Origin: an uncultured Lachnospiraceae bacterium
Lineage (GTDB): Bacteria > Bacillota > Clostridia > Lachnospirales > Lachnospiraceae
DNA: 53,503 nt
Assembly: GCA_964635395.1 (NCBI GenBank)
Contig: CAZWNX010000001.1
Location: 1-53,503, forward strand
Direction of reading: 5' to 3'
In this document: positions 18,099 through 28,234 of the stretch, in pieces
How positions within the stretch are numbered: position 1 is the first letter of the stretch
How the letters are laid out: each line of letters opens with the position of its first letter
Translations under genes and position numbers: made by a program
Notes under the pieces: model-generated
The model's database searches: none
What the model saw: the letters and a program-made list of their open reading frames with translations, nothing else
What the model was told of the DNA's origin: nothing

Positions 18099-19546
18099 TG
18101 AATAATCAGATTCATGTACAAGATGATTGTGAAGATAGATTACGTGAAGAATGTGGTGTTTTTGGAGTTTATGATTTTGATGGAAGTGATATCGCTAGTA
18201 CTGTGTATTATGGACTATTGGCGCTACAACACAGAGGGCAGGAAAGCTGTGGAATAGCCGTATCGGATACGCAGGGCCCCAAAGGAAAAGTAAGTAGTAT
18301 TAAAGAAATGGGCCTTGTAAATGAGGCATTTACAGAAAAGAAGCTAGACGAGTTGAAAGGCAATATTGGTGTGGGACATGTTCGATATTCCACTGCTGGT
18401 AGTAGTACAAGGGAAAATGCTCAACCCCTTGTTCTAAATTATATTAAAGGTACTTTGGGATTAGCGCATAATGGAAATTTAGTAAATGCACCAGAGCTAA
18501 GAAAGGAACTTGAGTATTCAGGCGCAATCTTTCAGACCACAATTGATTCAGAAGTAATTGCATATCATATTGCGAGAGAACGCATTCATTCTAAAACGGT
18601 GGAAGAAGCGGTAGGGAGAGCAATGGATAAATTGCTTGGGGCTTATTCGCTTGTTATTATGAGCCCACGAAAATTAATTGGAGCAAGGGATCCTTATGGA
18701 TTTCGACCACTATGTATTGGGAAACGTGACAATACCTATGTTTTGTCATCAGAATCCTGTGCACTAGATACAATTGGAGCAACGTTCATTAGAGACGTGC
18801 TACCAGGAGAGATTGTTACAATTACGCCTGAAAAAGGAATCGTTTCGGATTTGTCAAAATGCATATCAAATTCAAAGCATGGCAGATGTGTTTTTGAGTA
18901 CATATATTTTTCTAGACCTGACAGTTATATTGATGGAGTGAGCGTGTATCATTCTAGAGTTATGGCAGGAAAGTGTTTGGCGCTTGATACACCGGTTGAA
19001 GCTGATATTGTTGTGGGAGTTCCAGAATCTGGTAACTGCGCAGCGATGGGCTATAGTTTGGAGAGTAAAATACCATACGCTACTGCATTTGTCAAAAATT
19101 CATACATAGGAAGAACATTTATAAAACCAAAGCAAAAAAATCGCGAGAGTAGCGTTACAGTTAAGCTAAATGCAATTAGAGAGGTTGTTAATGGAAAACG
19201 AGTTATCATGGTAGATGATTCCATTGTAAGAGGAACAACGTCTGACCGAATTGTCAAAATGCTGAGAGATGCAGGTGCAACTGAGGTTCATATGAGGGTT
19301 TCATCCCCGCCGTTTTTATGGCCATGTTATTTTGGGACGGATGTACCCGCTAGAGAACAACTCATAGCCTTTAATCACACTGAAGAAGAAATATGCAAAA
19401 TAATTGGAGCGGACTCCATTGGATATTTACAATTGGATCGCTTAAGTGAAATCGTTGAGGGATTACCTGTTTGTAAAGGATGTTTCACAGGAGAGTATCC
19501 ACTCGCGCCTCCTACACAGGATATTCGTGGAGAGTTTGATGAATAG
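18098..19546 (+). CDS. purF: Amidophosphoribosyltransferase
   Basis: Ntn-type CGVFGV near the N-terminus, PRTase motif VIMVDDSIVRGTT, and C-terminal Cys ligands. Confidence 0.95.
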   Translation: MNNQIHVQDDCEDRLREECGVFGVYDFDGSDIASTVYYGLLALQHRGQESCGIAVSDTQGPKGKVSSIKEMGLVNEAFTEKKLDELKGNIGVGHVRYSTAGSSTRENAQPLVLNYIKGTLGLAHNGNLVNAPELRKELEYSGAIFQTTIDSEVIAYHIARERIHSKTVEEAVGRAMDKLLGAYSLVIMSPRKLIGARDPYGFRPLCIGKRDNTYVLSSESCALDTIGATFIRDVLPGEIVTITPEKGIVSDLSKCISNSKHGRCVFEYIYFSRPDSYIDGVSVYHSRVMAGKCLALDTPVEADIVVGVPESGNCAAMGYSLESKIPYATAFVKNSYIGRTFIKPKQKNRESSVTVKLNAIREVVNGKRVIMVDDSIVRGTTSDRIVKMLRDAGATEVHMRVSSPPFLWPCYFGTDVPAREQLIAFNHTEEEICKIIGADSIGYLQLDRLSEIVEGLPVCKGCFTGEYPLAPPTQDIRGEFDE

Positions 19547-19560
19547 ATTGGAGAATAATA

Positions 19561-20997
19561 GTGAATTACGATAAGTATGTTAGTCCATTGTCAGAACGTT
19601 ACGCAAGTAAGGAGATGCAATATATTTTTTCGCCGGACATGAAATTTAAGACATGGAGAAAGTTGTGGATTGCACTTGCAGAAACCGAAATGGAATTAGG
19701 GCTTTCCCAGATTTCAAAGGAACAAATTGATGAATTAAAGGAACATTCGGAAGATATCAATTATGATGTTGCAATCGAGCGAGAAAAAATGGTTCGTCAT
19801 GATGTAATGAGTCATGTGTATGCATATGGCGTGCAGTGTCCAAAAGCAAAAGGAATTATTCATTTGGGAGCAACATCCTGTTTTGTAGGGGACAATACAG
19901 ATATTATTGTAATGTCAGAAGCTTTAAAGCTTACAAAAAGGAAATTGGTTAATGTAATTGCAAAACTTTCGGAATTTGCAGAAACATACAAAGCATTACC
20001 TACGCTTGGATTTACTCATTTTCAGCCAGCTCAGCCAACGACTGTTGGAAAAAGAGCTACTTTGTGGGCTCAAGAATTTTGTCTTGATCTTGAAGAGTTA
20101 GATTTTGTTTGTGAAAATATGAAACTTTTGGGTTCTAAAGGTACAACTGGGACACAGGCTTCTTTTGTTGAATTATTTGATGGAAATGAAGAAATTATCG
20201 AAAAAATAGATCCGATGATTGCGAAGAAAATGGGATTTTCTCAGTGCTATCCTGTATCAGGACAAACCTATTCTAGAAAAGTAGACACAAGAGTATTGAA
20301 TGTTTTGTCAGCAATTGCTGCAAGTGCGCATAAAATGTCAAATGATATTCGTCTACTGCAACATTTAAAAGAAGTTGAGGAACCGTTTGAAAAGAGCCAA
20401 ATCGGATCTTCGGCAATGGCTTACAAAAGAAATCCGATGAGAAGTGAAAGAATTGCGTCGTTGGCTCGCTATGTGATGATTGATGCGTTAAATCCAGCAA
20501 TCACTTCAGCAACCCAGTGGTTTGAGCGAACATTGGATGATTCCGCAAACAAGAGATTATCCGTTCCAGAAGGATTCTTGGCAGTGGATGGAATTTTGGA
20601 TTTATGCCTGAATGTGGTAGATGGTCTAGTTGTATATGAGAAGGTTATTACGAAGAGGCTGATGAGTGAACTTCCTTTTATGGCGACGGAAAATATTATG
20701 ATGGATGCAGTAAAAGCAGGCGGAGACAGACAGGAGCTACATGAACGTATTCGTGAATTGAGTATGCAGGCTGGAGCGAATGTAAAGCAAAAAGGACTCG
20801 AGAATAATCTCCTTGAATTAATTGCACAGGATCAAGCTTTCAATCTGAGTCTTGAAGAACTTCAGGCAACGATGGACCCTTCCAAATATGTAGGAAGATC
20901 CAAAGAGCAGGTTGAAAAATTCATTGAACTCGTAGTTGCTCCAATTCTAAAAGATAATGAAGAGTTGCTTGGAATGACAGCGCAAATAAATGTATAA
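19561..20997 (+). CDS. purB: Adenylosuccinate lyase
   Basis: 478 aa, GTG start. Fumarate-lyase signature GSSAMAYKRNP. Confidence 0.95.
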   Translation: MNYDKYVSPLSERYASKEMQYIFSPDMKFKTWRKLWIALAETEMELGLSQISKEQIDELKEHSEDINYDVAIEREKMVRHDVMSHVYAYGVQCPKAKGIIHLGATSCFVGDNTDIIVMSEALKLTKRKLVNVIAKLSEFAETYKALPTLGFTHFQPAQPTTVGKRATLWAQEFCLDLEELDFVCENMKLLGSKGTTGTQASFVELFDGNEEIIEKIDPMIAKKMGFSQCYPVSGQTYSRKVDTRVLNVLSAIAASAHKMSNDIRLLQHLKEVEEPFEKSQIGSSAMAYKRNPMRSERIASLARYVMIDALNPAITSATQWFERTLDDSANKRLSVPEGFLAVDGILDLCLNVVDGLVVYEKVITKRLMSELPFMATENIMMDAVKAGGDRQELHERIRELSMQAGANVKQKGLENNLLELIAQDQAFNLSLEELQATMDPSKYVGRSKEQVEKFIELVVAPILKDNEELLGMTAQINV

Positions 20998-21008
20998 TGA
21001 ATAGTATT

Positions 21009-21040
21009 AAAAGAGATCATCCTTCGATGGTCTCTTTTTT
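21009..21040 (+). terminator. Terminator hairpin between convergent purB and the AraC gene, possibly bidirectional
   Basis: Stem of about 12 bp, aaaagagatcat/atggtctctttt, with one G:U pair and loop ccttcg, followed by a T-run. It overlaps the last codons of the minus-strand AraC ORF. Confidence 0.6.
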
Positions 21041-21955
21041 GGTGGTGTTATTGATTCGAAACTGATTCGGTGTAATATCTGTAATTTTTCGAAATGTTCG
21101 AATAAAGTGGCTTGAATCAGAGAAACCACACTCTTGGCTAATATAGGTTAAATCATAATCAGTAAAGATTAGGAAGTCTTTTGTTTTGTTTATTTTTACA
21201 TACTCAATGTAGGATTTGCATGATTTTCCATATAGTTTTTTGAAGTTTTTTGCAAAATTCGAGTAACTCATATTACACATTTTTGCCAGATCCTCTACCT
21301 TTATAACTTCTTGAGAATGAGCATCAATATATTCGGGCAACCGAAGTATGAAATTTTTTGACAACGATGAAGTTGGTATAAAGCGGTTGGATGAATTGGT
21401 ATCTATAGTTGAGTGGAGGCGAATAATTTGAATCAGCAAATCAATCAATGAAGATTGGATGCGAATATCATAACCAATTTCATGCCGGGATATTTCTTGT
21501 AAGCATAAATCAAAATAGTGTCTGATATTCAGCTTGTTTGAAAGCTCTTTCTCGAGTATGATAATTGGATTCAAATGCTCTTGCGAATTTGAAAAAAGTG
21601 CACTTAGTTTGGGCATGTGGTTGCTTGTTAGGTGCAAGTGGTTGATATCAAATTTGATTACATTGTATTTTGGAGGATTCTTAGAATGAGAATAGATACT
21701 GTGAATCATATAGGGTGATAGCAAAATGAACTCGCCTTCTTGTAGTAAGTAATTCTTGGTAGGGGTGGATATTAATGTCGGTTCCTCGAGAATATAGATT
21801 AATTCCATAAAATAGTGCATATGTGGTCGAATCGGAAACGTATTTTTTGAAGCGTCAAAGAGAAAAGCTTCAAATGGAGAATTGTTCAAGTTACATTGTT
21901 CAAATAAGTAGTTCATAAAGTCATCCTTTGATAGATTTGTTCTATTAATGTGCAA
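21017..21955 (-). CDS. AraC-family transcriptional regulator (cupin sensor + HTH)
   Basis: 312 aa. The C-terminal double HTH includes VEDLAKMCNMSYSNFAKNFKKLYG...ISQECGFSDSSHFIRTFRK. Confidence 0.85.
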   Translation of the reverse strand: MHINRTNLSKDDFMNYLFEQCNLNNSPFEAFLFDASKNTFPIRPHMHYFMELIYILEEPTLISTPTKNYLLQEGEFILLSPYMIHSIYSHSKNPPKYNVIKFDINHLHLTSNHMPKLSALFSNSQEHLNPIIILEKELSNKLNIRHYFDLCLQEISRHEIGYDIRIQSSLIDLLIQIIRLHSTIDTNSSNRFIPTSSLSKNFILRLPEYIDAHSQEVIKVEDLAKMCNMSYSNFAKNFKKLYGKSCKSYIEYVKINKTKDFLIFTDYDLTYISQECGFSDSSHFIRTFRKITDITPNQFRINNTTKKETIEG

Positions 21956-22055
21956 AAATATTATATCAAATCTCGAAATAGAATGCTAAAATAATAGATA
22001 AGTTGAAGGGGTGAGTTATAGCCAATTTTTTATTATGAACGGAGACGGGACGAAG

Positions 22056-23423
22056 ATGAAATTATTTTCAGTGATTAAAACAAACGACATGACAAAAGGA
22101 AGTGTAATCAGACATTTGATTATATTTTCTATACCATTGTTGATTGGCAATATTTTCCAGCAGTTATATAATATGGTGGATTCTATTATTGTGGGAAAAT
22201 TTGTTGGATCGAATGCGCTTGCTGCAATTGGAGTGACGGGTGCATTGGGATTCTTATTTTTCTCACTTTGTTTTGGTATGGCAGGTGGTGTTGGGGTGTT
22301 GGTATCGCAATACTTTGGAGCGGGCAATAAAACATATGTAAAGCGTACTATTTTTAATAGTATGGTGTTATTTTTGGTGACAGGAATTTTAGTTGGAGTA
22401 TTGGGCGTTGTGTTCTCAAGACCATTATTAGTACTACTAAATACACCATCAGCAATATTGGAAGAAGCAGTTATATATATGCAAATTGTGACGGGTGCAT
22501 TAGTAGTAGTATCTTTGTATAATGGTGTATCTTCCATTTTACGAGCGCTTGGAGATTCACAATCACCGTTGTTTTTTTTGATTGGTGCATGTTTGTTAAA
22601 TGTTGTTTTAGATCTTATATTTGTACTTGTACTACATATGGGAGTGGCGGGAGCAGCAATTGCAACAATTATTTCACAAACCGCAGCATTTGCATGTAGT
22701 ATGCTATATGCGATGAAAACGAATCAATATTTCAGGCTTGAAAAAGCAGATTGTAAAATGGATACTAAAATTATTCAACAATGCGTTGTGATTGGAGTTC
22801 CAATGGCGGCTCAGAGTATGTTGATTGCATTTTCATTAGTTGTTATACAAAGTGTAGTAAATCGTTATGGAGAAAATTTAGTGGCTGCATTTACTGCAAC
22901 GGGAAGAGTTGAACAAATCATTCATCAGCCATATGCTTCTTTAAGTATGGCCCTGTCCACTTTGACAGCGCAGAATATGGGAGCTGGTAAAATTGATAGA
23001 GTAAAAGAGGGATTCCAAAAAAGTGTCTGGGTAGTTGTGGTTTTTGGGCTTATAATGTTCGTAGCAATTTTTATTGGAAAAGATTTTATTATGCGGCTAT
23101 TTGTTTCTGAGCCGGAAGTAATTCGTATTGGAAAAGTTGGTCTAATTATAAATGCAGTATTATATATTCCACTAGGATTCATTTATACAACAAGGGGAAT
23201 GCTCAATGGTGCTGGGGACATTTTTTATACCTATATCAATGGAGTGGTAGAAGTGGTTGTTAGAATTAGTTTGTCAATGCTACTTGTACTGATTCCGCTT
23301 ATAGATTATTGGGGGGTATGGTATGCAACTGGATTAACATGGGTATTTGCAGGTTTGGTTGGAATTATTCGATATAAAAAAGGTAAGTGGAAGAGTAAGT
23401 CGCTGATTTCGAGTGATGAGTGA
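22056..23423 (+). CDS. MATE-family efflux transporter
   Basis: About 12 TM helices. N-terminal pattern GSVIRHLIIFSIPLLIGNIFQQLYNMVDSIIVGKFVG. The ATG at 22056 is preferred over the track start at 22011. Confidence 0.9.
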   Translation: MKLFSVIKTNDMTKGSVIRHLIIFSIPLLIGNIFQQLYNMVDSIIVGKFVGSNALAAIGVTGALGFLFFSLCFGMAGGVGVLVSQYFGAGNKTYVKRTIFNSMVLFLVTGILVGVLGVVFSRPLLVLLNTPSAILEEAVIYMQIVTGALVVVSLYNGVSSILRALGDSQSPLFFLIGACLLNVVLDLIFVLVLHMGVAGAAIATIISQTAAFACSMLYAMKTNQYFRLEKADCKMDTKIIQQCVVIGVPMAAQSMLIAFSLVVIQSVVNRYGENLVAAFTATGRVEQIIHQPYASLSMALSTLTAQNMGAGKIDRVKEGFQKSVWVVVVFGLIMFVAIFIGKDFIMRLFVSEPEVIRIGKVGLIINAVLYIPLGFIYTTRGMLNGAGDIFYTYINGVVEVVVRISLSMLLVLIPLIDYWGVWYATGLTWVFAGLVGIIRYKKGKWKSKSLISSDE

Positions 23424-23460
23424 TAAATAATAATGAAGTTTAGTAAGGGAGATCAGGGGA

Positions 23461-24351
23461 ATGGTTCAGAATTTAGAATATTACAAAGTATTTTATTATG
23501 TATCAAAAGAAGGAAGTCTTACAAAAGCAGCTTCAAAACTGTCTATTTCACAGCCGGCAGTTAGCCAAGCAATTAAGCAACTTGAGACGGGACTTGGAGT
23601 CAAATTACTACATCGGGTTTCGAAGGGAATGAAGTTAACAAAGGAGGGGGAAGTACTTTATTCGTATATTCAAAAAGGATTTGAGCAGATTGTTCTTGGT
23701 GAAAATGCGTTGAAAGGAATTATGAGTCTTGAGGGTGGAGAAATAAGAATTGGGTCAAGTGATATGACATTGCAATACTACCTCCTACCATTTTTAGAAG
23801 CTTTTCATGAAAAATATCCTCAAATAAAAGTGCAGGTAACCAATGGTCCCACACCTGAAACGTTAGAATTATTAAGGGAAGGTAAAATTGATTTTGGTAT
23901 TGTGACAACACCGTTTGAAATCCATAGAGATTTTTGCGTAAAGAATGTGAGAGAAATTGAAGATATATTTGTGGCTGGACATAAATATACTCAACTAAAA
24001 AATCATATGATTGATTTATCTCAATTATTAAGTTTCCCAATCATTTCGTTGGAAAAAAATACGAGTTCAAGAAAATATATGGACGAGTATTTGATGAATG
24101 AAGGAATTCATCTTAGACCAGAATTCGAACTTGCCACATCGGATATGATCGTGCAGTTTGCCTTACGAAATCTTGGCGTTGGATGCGTTGTGAAAGATTT
24201 CGCACTTGAGTATCTAGAAAGTGGTAGATTATTTGAACTTCGATTTAACAAAATGATTCCTAAAAGAAATATGTGCGTTGTAATCAATAAAAAGCTATCT
24301 TCAACCCAGGCCTCTTTAAAACTCCTGGAATTGCTGAATAAAATATCATGA
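23461..24351 (+). CDS. LysR-family transcriptional regulator
   Basis: N-terminal HTH LEYYKVFYYVSKEGSLTKAASKLSISQPAVSQAIKQLE, followed by a substrate-binding domain. Confidence 0.9.
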   Translation: MVQNLEYYKVFYYVSKEGSLTKAASKLSISQPAVSQAIKQLETGLGVKLLHRVSKGMKLTKEGEVLYSYIQKGFEQIVLGENALKGIMSLEGGEIRIGSSDMTLQYYLLPFLEAFHEKYPQIKVQVTNGPTPETLELLREGKIDFGIVTTPFEIHRDFCVKNVREIEDIFVAGHKYTQLKNHMIDLSQLLSFPIISLEKNTSSRKYMDEYLMNEGIHLRPEFELATSDMIVQFALRNLGVGCVVKDFALEYLESGRLFELRFNKMIPKRNMCVVINKKLSSTQASLKLLELLNKIS

Positions 24352-24466
24352 TAAATTATATCATATATAATCAATATTGATTTTACTTATATAACAATAT
24401 CGGATATAATAACATCGAAATGAGAAATCAAAAATGTTTGAGTAGATATGAAAGGAAGTAATTATT

Positions 24467-25765
24467 ATGGTAAAAGCAGTTGTTGGAGCAAATTGGGGCG
24501 ACGAAGGAAAAGGTAAAATTACAGATATGCTTGCGAAACAGGCGGATATTATTGTTCGTTTTCAGGGTGGAGCAAATGCCGGACATACAATCGTAAATAA
24601 TTATGGGAAATTTGCGTTACATACATTGCCTTCAGGGGTATTCTATGACCACACTACAAGTGTTATTGGAAATGGTGTTGCACTCAATATACCAGTGCTT
24701 TTCAAAGAAATCAATTCGATTGTTGAAAAGGGTGTTCCAATGCCAAAAGTAATTGTGTCAGATAGGGCACAAATTGTAATGCCATATCATACATTATTTG
24801 ATCAATACGAAGAAGAACGATTAGGTGGAAAGTCATTTGGATCTACCAAATCTGGAATAGCACCATTTTATTCAGATAAGTATGCAAAAATCGGATTTCA
24901 GGTTTGCGAATTATTTGATGAAGTTGCGTTGAAAGAAAAGCTAGAGCGTGTATGTGAAATGAAGAATGTATTGTTAGAACATCTTTATCATAAAGAAAAA
25001 TTAGATGCGAATGAATTGTTTGAAACAATGCTTTCTTATAAAGAAATGATTAAGCCGTATGTGTGCGATGTGTCTTTATATTTGGATAAAGCAATCAAAA
25101 ATGGTAAAACAATTTTGCTAGAAGGTCAGTTGGGAACTTTGAAAGATTGTGATCATGGAATTTATCCTATGGTTACTTCTTCTAGTACTTTGGCTGCTTT
25201 TGGAGCAGTAGGTGCAGGTATTGCGCCATATGAAATCAAAGAGATTATTACCGTATGCAAGGCATATTCTTCTGCCGTTGGAGCTGGTGCATTTGTGTCC
25301 GAAATATTTAACGATGAGGCGGATGAACTAAGAAGACGTGGAGGCGATGGTGGAGAATATGGAGCAACCACGGGACGTCCAAGGAGAATGGGATGGTTTG
25401 ACTGTGTGGCTTCGAAATATGGTTGTAGATTGCAAGGGACAACTGATGTTGCCTTTACTGTTTTGGATGTGCTGGGCTATTTGGATGAAATTCCTGTATG
25501 TATTGGATACGAGATAGATGGTGAAGTAACAACGGATTTCCCAACTACATACCTACTTGAGAAAGCAAAACCTGTATATACCGTTTTACCAGGTTGGAAA
25601 AATCAACAAGAAGAAATCAGAGGAATTAAAGAATTTGATAAGTTGCCTGAAAATTGTCAAAAATATGTTAATTTTATTGAAGAACAAATAGGATATCCAA
25701 TCACAATGATTTCGAACGGTCCTGGAAGAGATGATATTATTTATAGGAAAAGTCTACTGAAATAG
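24467..25765 (+). CDS. purA: Adenylosuccinate synthetase
   Basis: GANWGDEGKGK P-loop, GGANAGHT, and TTGRPRRMGWFD. Confidence 0.95.
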   Translation: MVKAVVGANWGDEGKGKITDMLAKQADIIVRFQGGANAGHTIVNNYGKFALHTLPSGVFYDHTTSVIGNGVALNIPVLFKEINSIVEKGVPMPKVIVSDRAQIVMPYHTLFDQYEEERLGGKSFGSTKSGIAPFYSDKYAKIGFQVCELFDEVALKEKLERVCEMKNVLLEHLYHKEKLDANELFETMLSYKEMIKPYVCDVSLYLDKAIKNGKTILLEGQLGTLKDCDHGIYPMVTSSSTLAAFGAVGAGIAPYEIKEIITVCKAYSSAVGAGAFVSEIFNDEADELRRRGGDGGEYGATTGRPRRMGWFDCVASKYGCRLQGTTDVAFTVLDVLGYLDEIPVCIGYEIDGEVTTDFPTTYLLEKAKPVYTVLPGWKNQQEEIRGIKEFDKLPENCQKYVNFIEEQIGYPITMISNGPGRDDIIYRKSLLK

Positions 25766-25780
25766 ATTTGGGAGAATTAG

Positions 25781-26389
25781 GTGAATAAAAATATTATTTT
25801 TGATATTGGTAATGTGTTGGTTGATTTCAGATGGAAAGAATATTTAGAAGAATTTGGTTTTGGTGAAGAAATATCAAGGCAAATCGGTGAAGCAATTGTT
25901 TTAAATCCAGTTTGGGATGAAATGGATCTTGGTGAAAAAAGCCGCGAGCAACTGATTGCCTTATTTGTGGAGTGCTTACCCCAATATAAAAGTCAGATTC
26001 AGAGTATATTTGGAGATTTGAGAAATATGCTTAAAAGTAGAGAAGGTACGATTCCTTGGATCAAAGAATTGAAGGAAAGAGGATTTGGGGTCTACTATTT
26101 ATCCAACTATTCGCAGGTGGCATATGAGGATTGTTATCATACCCTTGATTTTCTGCCTTACATGGATGGTGGAATTTTATCCTTTCAAGATAAACTGATA
26201 AAACCAGATCCTAGAATTTACCAACTGCTTCTTGAAAGATACCAATTAGATCCTAGGAGTTGCATTTTTTTGGATGATAAGAAAGAGAATTGTGATGCAG
26301 CAATAAAATGCGGAATAGAGTCGATTGTATTTACCAATAGGGATGAAATTGAGAAGCAATTAGAAGATTTTTTGAATACAAATTATTGA
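25781..26389 (+). CDS. HAD-superfamily hydrolase (subfamily IA-like)
   Basis: 202 aa, GTG start. Motif I IIFDIGNVLVDF, and a C-terminal FLDD motif. Confidence 0.75.
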   Translation: MNKNIIFDIGNVLVDFRWKEYLEEFGFGEEISRQIGEAIVLNPVWDEMDLGEKSREQLIALFVECLPQYKSQIQSIFGDLRNMLKSREGTIPWIKELKERGFGVYYLSNYSQVAYEDCYHTLDFLPYMDGGILSFQDKLIKPDPRIYQLLLERYQLDPRSCIFLDDKKENCDAAIKCGIESIVFTNRDEIEKQLEDFLNTNY

Positions 26390-26595
26390 TCAGGATTTTT
26401 ATTACCAAATTTTTTGGTGAGATAGACAAAGATCCAGATCATTATTGGAATTACAATAGTAGAAAAAATAGAAGCCATCATAAGCTTTCCCTGCCCATCA
26501 AAATTAAAGATGGCAGCAATGAGTGAAAATATGTATAATGATACAAGAAAGACGATACCAATGATGGCGAAAATACGTTGCGTACGTGTGTGCAT
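26383..26595 (-). CDS. Small two-TM membrane protein
   Basis: 70 aa starting at the internal Met (MHTRTQRIFAIIGIVFLV...) behind AAGGAGGG. The upstream part of the 149-aa track ORF has no RBS and a poor composition. Confidence 0.55.
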   Translation of the reverse strand: MHTRTQRIFAIIGIVFLVSLYIFSLIAAIFNFDGQGKLMMASIFSTIVIPIMIWIFVYLTKKFGNKNPDQ

Positions 26596-26720
26596 AGGAC
26601 CCTCCTTAGGGTAAGCAGTCTGATAGCAGAAATCAATTAGAATGAATAGGTTAGATTCTATAGTAATTGAAAAGTAATAAAAATGCAAGAAATGGGTGTG
26701 TAAAACAAAGAGGTATAAGG

Positions 26721-28118
26721 GTGAAAAAGAAAACGACAGAAAAGCAAAATCCGAATTATGCATTGCCAAAGAAAAGTTTGTTGGATAATCGTTACAAGAT
26801 CTTGGATATCCAAGGGGAAACTGATTTTTCAATTACCTATAATGCATATGATACATTTCGAGATAAGAATGTGTGGGTTAAAGAAATATATCCCAAAAAG
26901 CTAGTGACTAGAAATAACAATGATTCAAATGATATAAACTGTGTCCGCGTATATGATGAACCGTTTTTGGAAGAAGTAAAGGAAGAGTTTGAAAGAAAAG
27001 CCAAGCGAATGGTTCAGGCTTATCCAATTAAGAATGTGGCAAATGTAATACGTTGTTTTCAAGATAACAATACAGTGTATGGAATTTTAGAACCTGTTAA
27101 GGGAATTACGTTAAAGGAAATATTTCATAAAAGGTATTTAAAGACATTATCACTTGAGCGTACAATGCAGATTTTTGAGCCTGTATTTGAAAGTGTTAAG
27201 AAACTCCATAGTATTGGTGTGAAGGGCAATAATATTGATTTGTCTTGCGTTATTATGGATGAAAACCATCAGGTCTCATTGTTGAATTTGCCAGAAAGTA
27301 TGTTGAAATTGCCAACTGGTATGGAACTGGAAAAGTATGACATCTACTTGTTGGCAAAAATGGTTTATGAGTTTGTGTCTGGACAAGAAGTAGAAGAATT
27401 GCTGGATCAAATTGGTGTGAGCCATAGTCAAAAGTCGTTGTGGGATTACAAATGCGACCTTATGGAAAGCCAAAGTGACTATATCATGGATGTGTTATTA
27501 AAGGGGATGAGCCATTCTGTGTCTTCGGTAGAAGAATTTGTTCAAGGGCTCCAGTTGAACCATGAATACAATCAGATCGAATCTGTTCCATGGTATTCAA
27601 TGTCTCGTAACTATAGGCGATACAAGACGAAAGAACGGTTCAAAAAGGGCTATGTATTTCTTGGAATTGCAATACTATTATTGTTTTTTACACCAAAGAT
27701 TGTTCAGGGCGTTAATCATATTATAATATCAAATTTCTATCAAACGTTTGAGAACGCTTCGTGGTATGAGAGAATTGAAATGTTAGACCAATTAGATGAC
27801 AAGCAGAGGCGTTATTATTGCAATGATTATCTTACAATCACACCAGATTCTGCAGATGAGATTAAGTACTATAATGTAGTAATCAGGAAAATGGTGACGC
27901 GTGAGCAGGCAAACTTTTTGGAAGTGGGTGGAGACTATATACAAATTGATTTTCGACAGAACAATAAAGTTTTTGTGGTTTTTCAGTATGCTGATCGAGT
28001 AGAATCGTTTGAAGTTGATCTGAATGAAACGAATCAAGGATATGTGATGACTCAAATCAAGGAAGAAAATAAAGGTGAACGAATTAGTAGCACAATTATT
28101 GTGACGGATGAAGAGTAG
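26721..28118 (+). CDS. Membrane protein with N-terminal protein-kinase-like domain lacking catalytic motifs (predicted pseudokinase)
   Basis: GTG at 26721 behind AGAGG. Kinase-like layout: YKILDIQGETDFSITYNAYD..VWVKEIYPK...LHSIGVKGNNIDLSCVIMDENHQVSLLNL. One TM helix (YVFLGIAILLLFFTPKIV) is followed by a C-terminal domain of about 135 aa. Confidence 0.6.
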   Translation: MKKKTTEKQNPNYALPKKSLLDNRYKILDIQGETDFSITYNAYDTFRDKNVWVKEIYPKKLVTRNNNDSNDINCVRVYDEPFLEEVKEEFERKAKRMVQAYPIKNVANVIRCFQDNNTVYGILEPVKGITLKEIFHKRYLKTLSLERTMQIFEPVFESVKKLHSIGVKGNNIDLSCVIMDENHQVSLLNLPESMLKLPTGMELEKYDIYLLAKMVYEFVSGQEVEELLDQIGVSHSQKSLWDYKCDLMESQSDYIMDVLLKGMSHSVSSVEEFVQGLQLNHEYNQIESVPWYSMSRNYRRYKTKERFKKGYVFLGIAILLLFFTPKIVQGVNHIIISNFYQTFENASWYERIEMLDQLDDKQRRYYCNDYLTITPDSADEIKYYNVVIRKMVTREQANFLEVGGDYIQIDFRQNNKVFVVFQYADRVESFEVDLNETNQGYVMTQIKEENKGERISSTIIVTDEE

Positions 28119-28234
28119 CAACGGATAAAGCAGATATTACTAAAAAATGTAAGAGAGACTTTCCTATTCTGACAAGATGGAGTATAATGTAAAAGTTATA
28201 CTAGAATAGTGATGATTATAAGAGGAGCAAAGAT

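Noticed and set aside
22016-22537. 173-aa minus-strand ORF antisense to the MATE transporter gene
   Set aside because: Its low-complexity Thr/Pro/Asn/Ile-rich translation is typical of the reverse frame of a hydrophobic membrane gene. The + strand product has clear MATE features.
26596-26832. Upstream 79 codons of the 149-aa minus-strand ORF
   Set aside because: The strong RBS (AAGGAGGG) sits directly before the internal Met at 26595. The upstream part would run through the divergent promoter region and the 5' end of the kinase-like gene.
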